Source of the DNA: an uncultured Oscillibacter sp.
GTDB lineage: Bacteria; Bacillota; Clostridia; Oscillospirales; Oscillospiraceae
Reading direction: 5' to 3'
DNA: 64,000 nucleotides
NCBI GenBank assembly: GCA_910585165.1
Contig: CAJUBX010000001.1
Coordinates: 6,247-70,246, forward strand
Below the pieces are notes generated by a model. That model saw only the letters and a list, made by a program, of their open reading frames with translations. It did no database searches and had not been told where the DNA came from. Made by a program: the position numbers and the translations under genes. Of this stretch, positions 57,204 to 64,000 are shown piece after piece. Positions within the stretch are counted from its first letter, which is position 1. Every line of letters begins with the position of its first letter.

Positions 57204-57220
57204 CTTACCGTCTTGGTAAG
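57204..57220. promoter_or_regulatory. Second palindrome in the P1 leader
   Basis: CTTACC-gtctt-GGTAAG between the P1 -10 box and the first ATG. A degenerate copy, ctgaccgtcttggataag, lies at 50621-50638. Confidence 0.4.
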
Positions 57221-57233
57221 TTTCAGTGTCATC

Positions 57234-57262
57234 ATTCTAACTTACCGACACGGTAATGTCAA
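57234..57262 (-). promoter_or_regulatory. Promoter P1 with embedded palindromic operator
   Basis: Minus strand TTGACA-17 nt-TAGAAT, with TTACCGtgtCGGTAA (57242-57256) in the spacer. Identical to P2. Confidence 0.7.
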
Positions 57263-57351
57263 GTCAAAAATTGATTTTTTTCAAAATATTTTTCTCAATC
57301 AACTTATGGCTTTATTTCCACTATTTCTAATGTATATTGCCAATTTTGAGC

Positions 57352-57417
57352 AAAAAAAGAACGCCCTCTCACCAGATGCAGGAGACTCTTGCCTGCTCCG
57401 TTCTGGTAAGAGGGCGT
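57352..57417 (-). terminator. Long-stem rho-independent terminator inside the non-coding region
   Basis: acgccctctcaccaga-(25 nt)-tctggtaagagggcgt. On the minus strand it is followed by TCTTTTTTT. Confidence 0.6.
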
Positions 57418-57831
57418 ATTTCACACTGTGGTTCGTTTTAAGGGCGCTTTCCATATTGGTAAGTATTTTTATGGGTGAACAGCTTAGGACGCTGTTACGG
57501 GGTCTTATTTCGATTGTAGAGGGCATTTGTGCTTTCCGTGTTGGTGCGGATGCAATCCGCACCGGAAACATCCCTGAAGCGGTGTCTGTGGGTGACGGAT
57601 TTTGGTGCAAAATCGTCTTCCAAGGAAAACAGGTCTTAGACGGGCTTAGAATGGGCTTAGACGCGTCCTTTCTTGGGGTGGTATAAGTATATTCTGAACA
57701 AATCAACTTCGATTTACCATTTTTTCCCGTTCCGAAAATCTCAAAAAATCAATAAAAATCAACATTTTCTGGTCTTAAAAGTTGAAATATGGTAAAACGC
57801 ACAATTTTGGCAACTAAATCCGTGCAAAAAC
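57418..57831. other. AT-rich non-coding region with short phased repeats (possible ncRNA, origin or regulatory region)
   Basis: No ORF with an RBS. CTTAGA repeats at 57635, 57645 and 57656; AAATCAA repeats at about 57697-57760; hairpin ggtgcggat-gca-atccgcacc. Confidence 0.35.
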
Positions 57832-57872
57832 AACAAAAAAGCCCCTACCCCGGCCGGGGCCGAGATAGGGGC
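57832..57872 (-). terminator. Terminator of the late/lysis operon
   Basis: gcccctaccccggccggggccgagataggggc stem. On the minus strand it is followed by TTTTTTGTTGTTTTT. Confidence 0.7.
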
Positions 57873-57952
57873 TGTGGTGGCTCCCAGACCTCCTATTGCT
57901 GCGTAGGGACGCGGCCGTCAACGGAAGGACCAGGAGCCGGGGAACGCTGTCA

Positions 57953-58285
57953 TTATCTGTTGCGCTTGATGCTGTTAATCTGCTCCATGGTCTGTTTCAG
58001 CTTGTCGAAGCCGTACATAGCAGCGAAGCAGACGAAGAATCCCAGGACGATAGCGCCGACCACCATGTACCAGGTGACGGGGACGCCGGCGATCTGGCAC
58101 ATGGCGAAGAAAGCCAGCAGCGTGACGGCCATGGCGATGATGAAGGCCAGCAGGTTGGTCGGCAGCTTACCCCAGGTCAGGCCCTTCAGGACCTCGACGA
58201 TGATGTTCGTCACGACCATGAGCACCAGCACCAGGGGCAGGATGACAGAGATGACCGCGGGGATGTTCTGAATAATGGCTTCCAT
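57953..58285 (-). CDS. Putative holin
   Basis: 110 aa, three TM segments, basic C-tail. Directly downstream of the endolysin gene. Confidence 0.65.
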   Translation of the reverse strand: MEAIIQNIPAVISVILPLVLVLMVVTNIIVEVLKGLTWGKLPTNLLAFIIAMAVTLLAFFAMCQIAGVPVTWYMVVGAIVLGFFVCFAAMYGFDKLKQTMEQINSIKRNR

Positions 58286-58297
58286 GATTTTTCCTCC

Positions 58298-59638
58298 TCA
58301 AATCTTCTTACAGTAGTCCAGGGACACCCAGCCAACACCAGACTTCAGCTTGCCCCAGAGGGTAGCGCCCTCGCCGGTGGCCTCGCTGACGATGGTGTAG
58401 GCACCGGGCTTAATGACGCTGACGATTGCGTTGTTGGTGCCGGGACCTTTGCGGATACGCAGGTCGGTGGCGGTGATGCGGACCTTGTACGGGACCTTGC
58501 TTACCGGAGCAGCGGGGGCCGGAGACGTAGCAGAGGCCCCCAGCTTGACGTTCACCTTTGTGGCGATGTCGCCGAGCCGCTGGTAGATGTAGTCCCCAGG
58601 ACAGGCTTTGTTGGCGAACCAGCGGTGGACGGTGAGGTTTTGCTGGTCCACCTTGCCCACCAGATTCTTGTCCCCCTTCCACAGCAGCTTCTTGATGCCG
58701 TTCCGCCGGCAGATGTCGGCACACAGCTCAATCAGGGCGGCCATAGCCTTGTCGGTGATGGCGTAGGGGTGCGTGGTGTCGCTGGCAACCTCGATGGTCA
58801 CGGCCTGGTAGTCATTGGACTTGCCGGAGATGCCATTGACGCGGATGGGGGTCTTTACTCCGTTCACAGTCTTGTAACCACCGGTACACCAGGAGCGGTC
58901 CTTCTCCTCGACACACAGGCCGATGGAGCCGTCATAGCCCACAACGTAGTTGCAGGACGCTCCCTTGCTGCTGGGCTGGAACACCTCGCACCCACGCTTG
59001 GCCGTAACCTGACCGACGAAACAGTGGATGGTAATGGTATCGATGGCGTGGTTACGATTGGCTGTTCTGTTCGGAGAAATCATCCGCACAGTTGCCAAGG
59101 GGCTGTTGGAAAATGCCATACTGCTGTCACTTCCTTTCTTCGCATACTTGTCGAAATACTTCTGGCCGTAGCTGGCCCGCCGGGTCTTGGCAGCCACACT
59201 CTGGTCCGCCGGACGCTCAAACTGGAGAAATACCGCGTCAGAGGCGGTCTGGACGCTGGAGGTGGTCTTCAGGACGTTCAGCACCGCCTTATAGCCGGTA
59301 AACAGCTCCTGCATCAAGAATCCGAGCTGAATCTCCAGGTCCCCGATGCTCTTCCCAGCGGCCTTGGCATAGGCCAGCAGAGCCGCCTTCCGGCTCCAGT
59401 ACGTCCACTGGCACAGGCCATATCCGGCCTTGTCGTGGATGAAATTACCATAGGTCCCGTGGTCCACCATCTCGGTGTACTCAGCGTCAGCCATGCCCAG
59501 CTTGCCTTCGTAGCTATTCTGGAGGTTGTCCGGGCGCAGGCCGCTCTCGGCATACAGGTTCCCCATCAGGCCGGCGGCACCAGCATCAGTGAGGCCCTGG
59601 GCCTTCAGATAGCTCCAGATTTTTTCCTCTGTATTCAA
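58298..59638 (-). CDS. Endolysin: phage tail-lysozyme-like N-domain + Amidase_2 (PGRP) + SH3
   Basis: TTG start after GAAGGAGGAG. GLMGNLYAESGL...GLCQWTY; TIHCFVGQ... amidase region; C-terminal YKVRITATDLRIRKGPG SH3-like. Confidence 0.85.
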   Translation of the reverse strand: MNTEEKIWSYLKAQGLTDAGAAGLMGNLYAESGLRPDNLQNSYEGKLGMADAEYTEMVDHGTYGNFIHDKAGYGLCQWTYWSRKAALLAYAKAAGKSIGDLEIQLGFLMQELFTGYKAVLNVLKTTSSVQTASDAVFLQFERPADQSVAAKTRRASYGQKYFDKYAKKGSDSSMAFSNSPLATVRMISPNRTANRNHAIDTITIHCFVGQVTAKRGCEVFQPSSKGASCNYVVGYDGSIGLCVEEKDRSWCTGGYKTVNGVKTPIRVNGISGKSNDYQAVTIEVASDTTHPYAITDKAMAALIELCADICRRNGIKKLLWKGDKNLVGKVDQQNLTVHRWFANKACPGDYIYQRLGDIATKVNVKLGASATSPAPAAPVSKVPYKVRITATDLRIRKGPGTNNAIVSVIKPGAYTIVSEATGEGATLWGKLKSGVGWVSLDYCKKI

Positions 59639-60052
59639 TTATCCTACTCCTCCTTCTTCCCCGCCCTCATCGGGCGAATCATCTTCAGTCCGGCTTTGGC
59701 CGAACACCACGCCTTCGTTATGCTCGAAGATATTCTCAACCACCTTCAGGCCGCTCATGCCCAGGAGCGTGATGATGGCCTGGCGGCTCAGCTCCTCAAC
59801 CGGGAACGGCTGCTCCAGCACGATGGTAGAGTAGGTGGCGATGCCATAGGACCACGACACCCAGAGGATTGCGAACGTCTGTGCGGTGACGAACAGGAAT
59901 CTCGTAATCGACTGGATGATATTAGGGTGCTCCCGGCCAGACCGCAGCTCCTTCAGCCGCTTCCGCAGGTGGCGGATGGTGGCCTCGCAGTACAGGATGC
60001 CCAGGGCAATACCGACCACCAGAGCGCCGGCAGCGATCAGGGCTGTCTTCAT
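59639..60052 (-). CDS. Phage membrane protein (137 aa)
   Basis: N-terminal TM plus two further TM segments and an acidic tail. ATGA coupling. Confidence 0.55.
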   Translation of the reverse strand: MKTALIAAGALVVGIALGILYCEATIRHLRKRLKELRSGREHPNIIQSITRFLFVTAQTFAILWVSWSYGIATYSTIVLEQPFPVEELSRQAIITLLGMSGLKVVENIFEHNEGVVFGQSRTEDDSPDEGGEEGGVG

Positions 60053-60486
60053 GGCATCTGCTCCTTTCGGGGGGCCGAGCTGACCTGGAGGAAGTCATGT
60101 TTCTTCAGGCGTTCCTTGTAGACCTCCTGGATGTTTTCGATTGCTAGGACAGCCCGGTTGTTCGGATACTCAGGGTGCTCCCGGCAATAATCTTCATAGG
60201 CATCTATCTCGGCCAGCACCTCAAAAAACTCCTCCTGCGTGTGGCCGATGTCCCGCAACAACTCATTGTTGAAATGCAAGATGCGGGCTCGGTGTCCATC
60301 AGCGGTGCGCCGGTCATCCATGGTGATGTGGTCATCCAGCTTCTTGATGACCTCAGCGTTGACAGCCCGGCCGATGGCTCTCGCCAGCCAAGACCAGGGG
60401 TTAATCTTGACGGGGGCAATCTGCATAAGGGTCATCAGAACCAGAAGCAGACCGCCCCCGCCAGCTAAAAGCTCTTGGACGTTCAC
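60049..60486 (-). CDS. Phage membrane-anchored protein (145 aa)
   Basis: GTG after AGGAGGAAG. One N-terminal TM segment. Confidence 0.55.
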   Translation of the reverse strand: MNVQELLAGGGGLLLVLMTLMQIAPVKINPWSWLARAIGRAVNAEVIKKLDDHITMDDRRTADGHRARILHFNNELLRDIGHTQEEFFEVLAEIDAYEDYCREHPEYPNNRAVLAIENIQEVYKERLKKHDFLQVSSAPRKEQMP

Positions 60487-60582
60487 TACTACACTTCCTC
60501 CTGTTTCAATAACGATTTCACGCAGTTTAGCAACATAGGAGGCCGCCCCCGATAACGGGAGCGGCCTCTTTGCGCCGGTCTA

Positions 60583-60699
60583 TCAGACCTTGACCTCCAG
60601 GGCCTCCAGGATGTCCTCCACCTCTTCACGGAGCTTGGGGGGCACCTGCTCCAGGGTCTTCTTACCCTTGACAATCAGGGTTGCGTACACAACGGCCAT
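60583..60699 (-). CDS. 38-aa phage peptide, paralog 1
   Basis: MAVVYATLIVKGKKTLEQVPPKLREEVEDILEALEVKV. ATG after GGAAGGAGGTG. Below the ORF-track cutoff. Confidence 0.5.
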   Translation of the reverse strand: MAVVYATLIVKGKKTLEQVPPKLREEVEDILEALEVKV

Positions 60700-60748
60700 G
60701 GTCTGCACCTCCTTCCTGAGCAAGACTTTCAGCAGCCACTCCCGGAGC

Positions 60749-60862
60749 CTACTCATGGTCGGTCTCCTTCAGCAGCGCCTCGACATCGGCCCGAAGCCGG
60801 GCCGGAACGTCTTCCAGCTTCTTCAGCCCCTTGCGGATCAGGTCAGCGTACACCTTTGCCAT
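60749..60862 (-). CDS. 37-aa phage peptide, paralog 2
   Basis: MAKVYADLIRKGLKKLEDVPARLRADVEALLKETDHE. TAATG overlap with the upstream gene. Confidence 0.5.
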   Translation of the reverse strand: MAKVYADLIRKGLKKLEDVPARLRADVEALLKETDHE

Positions 60863-61044
60863 TACCCCTCACCGCCTTCCAGCAACTCGTACACATCGCA
60901 GAGAGCCATCTGCGTGTCGGTGAGCTGCCCCTCCAGGCTCTCGACCTTGGCCCGGAGCTGCTCGTTCTCCTCCTGGAGCTGCTTCCGGGTCTTTTCCTTC
61001 TGCTTCTCTTTCACAGAATCCTTCCTGATTACATTCAGTCCCAT
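60862..61044 (-). CDS. Small coiled-coil protein (60 aa)
   Basis: ATG after AGGGAGG, overlapping the stop of the fibre gene. Confidence 0.5.
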   Translation of the reverse strand: MGLNVIRKDSVKEKQKEKTRKQLQEENEQLRAKVESLEGQLTDTQMALCDVYELLEGGEG

Positions 61045-62915
61045 TACTGGAAACCTCCCTGCACAGAATTGATGTAGCCGCCCTCACCGCTGGCCCCGCG
61101 CTCTGCCGTCACTCGGAAGTTGAACGCAAAGCCGTTGGCGGCGGTCTTGTTCTCAAAGATGTGGTTCGCACCGCTCTTCACCTCAGCGGTACAGTCCTCC
61201 CATACCGGGGCGTCATCCTTGGCGTTGTTCGTGACCTCCACCGTATAGCGGGCATCCGCCGGGATGAAGCCGGCCACGGACAGGACGCAGATGGTGATGA
61301 GTGCGTCCGCCTCCATCGGGGCCTCCAGCGTAACAGAAGCCCCGGTGACTTCCTTCTTGAAAGTCATGGAGTGAACGGTGCTGGCCTTCCCGTCATTGGC
61401 GGTGATGGTCATGGTATGGTCGCCGTTCAGCAGCTTCATGAAATACTCGCCGTTGACCTTGAAGCTGTTGGAAGTGCCCAGGGCCGCCGTGAAGGTTCGC
61501 TTCGTCACACCGTCGATAGCCTCGGTGACGGAGACCTCATCGCCGTCCACGTCGGACACGGTATAGGACACCGTGAAGCCGGCATCCTTCGTCCCCAGGT
61601 TGCTCCCACTTGGAGAAGTGCAGGCAATCTCCGGGGCCGTGTTGTTGTTCACCGGACGGGACGGCGAGGTCGTATAGCCGCTGTACGCATTGTTGCTGTC
61701 ATAGGCGCGGACCCGATACTTCACGCTGGCCCAGCCCTTCGTGATGGTATCGGTATAGCTCAGGGTGTTGCCGGTGTAGACCACCCCCCACTGGCCGCTG
61801 CCGTCCACCTCCCGTTCCAGGCTGTACCCGGCCAGGTTCCCGTCCACGTCGCTGGCCGCGCCCCAGGTCACGGTAAGCGTCGCGCCGCCCAACACGGTAT
61901 TCGGGACCGTGATACTGGGCGGCGCGGTGGGCGCGTTGTTATTCGTGACCGTTACCTGGTTGCTGGTCTTGTAGGCCGAGGACAGCCCCTCGCTGTCATA
62001 GGCTTTTACCCGGTACATCACGCTGGCGGTGCCAAAAGCCACCGTGTTGGTCGTACTCCGGCTGCTGCCCTGGTACACCTGGGACCAGGATTTTCCGCCG
62101 TCGGTGCTGCGCTCCAGGATGTACCCCTCCAGGTTGCTCTCCTTGTCGGTGCTGGCACCCCAGCTCACGGTGATCGTGCTGCCGCCCTGGATGCTGCTGG
62201 GGACGGAGATGCTGCTGGGCGCTGTCGGAGCCGTGTTCGTGTTTACGGAGCCGTCGTCAGAGACCAAGAGAGAAGAGGGAAGTACCAAAGCCGGGCGAAT
62301 GGCATACCCACCGCCGGAGCAGTAGCTGCTGCTCCAGTCGCCATTCGCGCGGACGCGCAACGCGCGCGTCGCGCCGCCGCCGGAGCTGCAGCACGGAGAA
62401 CGGAGCCACCAGTCGGCGGCCGAACCATTCAGGTTGGCTATACGCTTGCTGTCGGTCGTGGCACAGCCGGAGAAGTAAGCCAGACACGCACCATCATTCG
62501 GGATATAGGAGTGCGTACTCGAAGTCCAGTTCACTTCCGGGCCGGACAGCAGGAACACCTTGGCCGAGAGGCCATTGGCGCCGCTGTTGATGGGCGTGGG
62601 ATTCGCACCGCTGCCGGGGCGGTACGGGAGCTTCACCTGCTTAATCTGATTTCGGATGTTGGCGTCGATCAGGTTCAGGAACGTGTTGTTCAGGTAGCTG
62701 TTGATTTCGCTGTTGGCATAATCGTTGACGTTGCTGCTATGCCACCTTTTGGCCTCATAGCAGTCTTTCATCAACAGCCAGGTTCCATCGCAGCTCGCGT
62801 CATACAGAGCCGAGGGCTTCCCCTGGTGGACCACAATGAAGTCCCGCAGAGTGCCGTTGACCTTCAGCTTCACGATACTGCCGATGGTTTTGTTGCTAAG
62901 GGCAACCGATGCCAT
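61044..62915 (-). CDS. Tail-fibre/receptor-binding-like protein: N-terminal lectin-like (WWLRSP...IRPAL) domain, two FN3 repeats, Ig-like C-terminal region
   Basis: Start at MASVAL after AGGAGG. Two copies of APTAPxSIxVP...WGA(S/A)xD...GY.LER...YRV(K/R)AYD, which are FN3 repeats. Confidence 0.8.
   Translation of the reverse strand: MASVALSNKTIGSIVKLKVNGTLRDFIVVHQGKPSALYDASCDGTWLLMKDCYEAKRWHSSNVNDYANSEINSYLNNTFLNLIDANIRNQIKQVKLPYRPGSGANPTPINSGANGLSAKVFLLSGPEVNWTSSTHSYIPNDGACLAYFSGCATTDSKRIANLNGSAADWWLRSPCCSSGGGATRALRVRANGDWSSSYCSGGGYAIRPALVLPSSLLVSDDGSVNTNTAPTAPSSISVPSSIQGGSTITVSWGASTDKESNLEGYILERSTDGGKSWSQVYQGSSRSTTNTVAFGTASVMYRVKAYDSEGLSSAYKTSNQVTVTNNNAPTAPPSITVPNTVLGGATLTVTWGAASDVDGNLAGYSLEREVDGSGQWGVVYTGNTLSYTDTITKGWASVKYRVRAYDSNNAYSGYTTSPSRPVNNNTAPEIACTSPSGSNLGTKDAGFTVSYTVSDVDGDEVSVTEAIDGVTKRTFTAALGTSNSFKVNGEYFMKLLNGDHTMTITANDGKASTVHSMTFKKEVTGASVTLEAPMEADALITICVLSVAGFIPADARYTVEVTNNAKDDAPVWEDCTAEVKSGANHIFENKTAANGFAFNFRVTAERGASGEGGYINSVQGGFQ
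62286..62411 (-). other. Candidate DGR variable region (VR) inside the fibre gene
   Basis: Codons for WWLRSPCCSSGGGATRALRVRANGDWSSSYCSGGGYAIRPAL. Runs of NNC codons (TGC TGC AGC TCC GGC GGC GGC ... AGC AGC AGC TAC TGC TCC GGC). The segment is adenine-poor. Confidence 0.5.
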
Positions 62916-62937
62916 GATAAAACCTCCTGTTGAAAAT

Positions 62938-64000
62938 CTACATCCACGGCGGTACGTCGTCAGGCAGCGGGACAGAGCGGAGCGGGGCCGCCTGGGGCAG
63001 CTCCTCACCTCTCTTCCTGCGGATACACCGCGCCTGCTTCAACCTCCGCTTTATGCGGACCACATTGGTCGAGTTGATTTTCCGGCGCGGCTTGATTTCC
63101 TCCCCGATAATCTCACTCACCTGGGCAGCGTACTTTTGCCGTAATGCGTATGTGTCACCGTGGGCCGCATGAGCGTCCCACCCGCCGAAGCCTTTGATGA
63201 TGGCTTCTTTCGTCACTTTCCCCGCCGGGTACGCCTCCCTCCAATACTTCACCCTGGCGTTGATGTCCTGGACCTTATCCCGGCGGAGCTTTTGGACCAC
63301 CGCGCCGGTCTCGGTCAGGTAGGAGTGGAAGCCGAGGAAGTCGATACCGTTCCTCAGCGGGAAAATCCCAGTCTTTTCGTTCAGCTCCAGGCGGAGGTCA
63401 TCCATCCACCGCTCCACATCCTGCAGGAGCTCCTGTAGCTCTTTCTTGGTCCGCGCTATGATGTAGAAGTCATCCATGTAGCGGCCATAATAACGAAAGC
63501 CTCGCACTTCCTGGACGTAGTGGTCGAACTCATCCAGGAATAGCAAGGCCAATAACTGGCTGGTCTGATAGCCCAGGGGCAGGCCGTCCGTCTTGTCAAT
63601 GTAGATGCACAGCAGGTCATAGAAGGCCATGTCTACACCGCGCTTCAGGAACAGGGCCCGCAGCTTGGCTTTCAGTATGTTGTGGTCTATCGAAGCAAAG
63701 AACTTTCTTACATCGCATTTCAGGACCCAGCCATCAGCCGATCCTGTCCGGCGATAATACTCGGCCATGTGCTGCTTCAGGCGCATAAGGCCGTCGTGAG
63801 TTCCCTTCCCCTTCTGGCTGGCATGATTGTCCCGGATGAAGCTGTGCGTGATTGCATCGTACAGCACGTTATCCGTGGCAGCATGGAGCACCACCTTGTC
63901 TACAAAAGCTGGTGCTTGAACGAGCCTTTTCTTGGGCTCGTAAACAAAGAAGGTCTCAAAATTACTGGGGGCGTAGGTCCTATTCAGCAGTTTTCTGGAC
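62938..64000 (-). CDS. DGR-type reverse transcriptase (5' end outside the window)
   Basis: The reading frame stays open to position 64000. Motifs FVYEPKKRLVQAPAFVDKVVLHA, LKCDVRKFFASIDH, GLPLGYQTSQLL (SQ in place of QG), YGRYMDDF, GIDFLGF. Confidence 0.85.
   Translation of the reverse strand, partial: SRKLLNRTYAPSNFETFFVYEPKKRLVQAPAFVDKVVLHAATDNVLYDAITHSFIRDNHASQKGKGTHDGLMRLKQHMAEYYRRTGSADGWVLKCDVRKFFASIDHNILKAKLRALFLKRGVDMAFYDLLCIYIDKTDGLPLGYQTSQLLALLFLDEFDHYVQEVRGFRYYGRYMDDFYIIARTKKELQELLQDVERWMDDLRLELNEKTGIFPLRNGIDFLGFHSYLTETGAVVQKLRRDKVQDINARVKYWREAYPAGKVTKEAIIKGFGGWDAHAAHGDTYALRQKYAAQVSEIIGEEIKPRRKINSTNVVRIKRRLKQARCIRRKRGEELPQAAPLRSVPLPDDVPPWM

Larger units (their letters stand above)
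45283..64000. mobile_element. Left part of a prophage-like element inserted in cotJC; extends beyond the window
   Basis: Abrupt end of cotJC similarity. All downstream genes are on the minus strand and phage-like: holin, endolysin, tail-fibre-like protein, DGR RT, small ORF arrays. No integrase or cotJC 3' part lies in the window. Confidence 0.75.

Noticed and set aside
57213-57706. Track ORFs 57213-57686 (+) and 57299-57706 (-) as protein-coding genes, for example a divergent cI-like repressor.
   Set aside because: Neither has an RBS or an HTH or other recognisable motif. The plus ORF starts inside the P1 leader, and the minus ORF runs through the terminator stem.
57272-57872. The non-coding island as the missing DGR template repeat.
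   Set aside because: I compared both strands by eye with the candidate VR (62286-62411) and found no similarity. The island is AT-rich while the VR scaffold is GC-rich.
57200-57900. The boundary between two tandemly integrated elements (a hybrid att site).
   Set aside because: No copy of the cotJC junction sequence (around 45270-45300) is present here. Identical promoter-operator modules on both sides argue for one regulatory unit.

Overview
High-GC Firmicutes chromosome, apparently a spore-forming Clostridia (Oscillospiraceae/Ruminococcaceae-like gene content). All family names come from motifs I recognise by eye; no searches were run.

Positions 1-45.2 kb are ordinary, densely packed core genome. 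It holds a thiolase, rpsT, an M23 peptidase/M50 protease pair, rny, bioY with a BirA-type operator, tgt and rpmB. It also holds the conserved block hprK-glcK-murB-rapZ-yvcK-whiA-(membrane protein)-dnaE, plus yajC, spoIIM-xerD, ruvC-ruvA-(small ORF)-ruvB, sigH, a second tyrosine recombinase, radA, cwlD and a cotJA/cotJB fusion.

At about 45283 the spore-coat gene cotJC is cut after codon 32. From there to the window end, at least 18.7 kb, lies the left part of a prophage-like element with every gene on the minus strand:
- a partial diversity-generating-retroelement (DGR)-type reverse transcriptase;
- a 623-aa tail-fibre-like protein carrying a candidate DGR variable region;
- a lysis cassette;
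- a 560-bp AT-rich non-coding region;
- two arrays totalling 28 small ORFs, each array driven by an identical promoter-operator module;
- a terminal Uma2 nuclease gene.

I saw no rRNA, tRNA or CRISPR array. The many long ORFs antisense to recognisable genes are GC-rich shadow frames.
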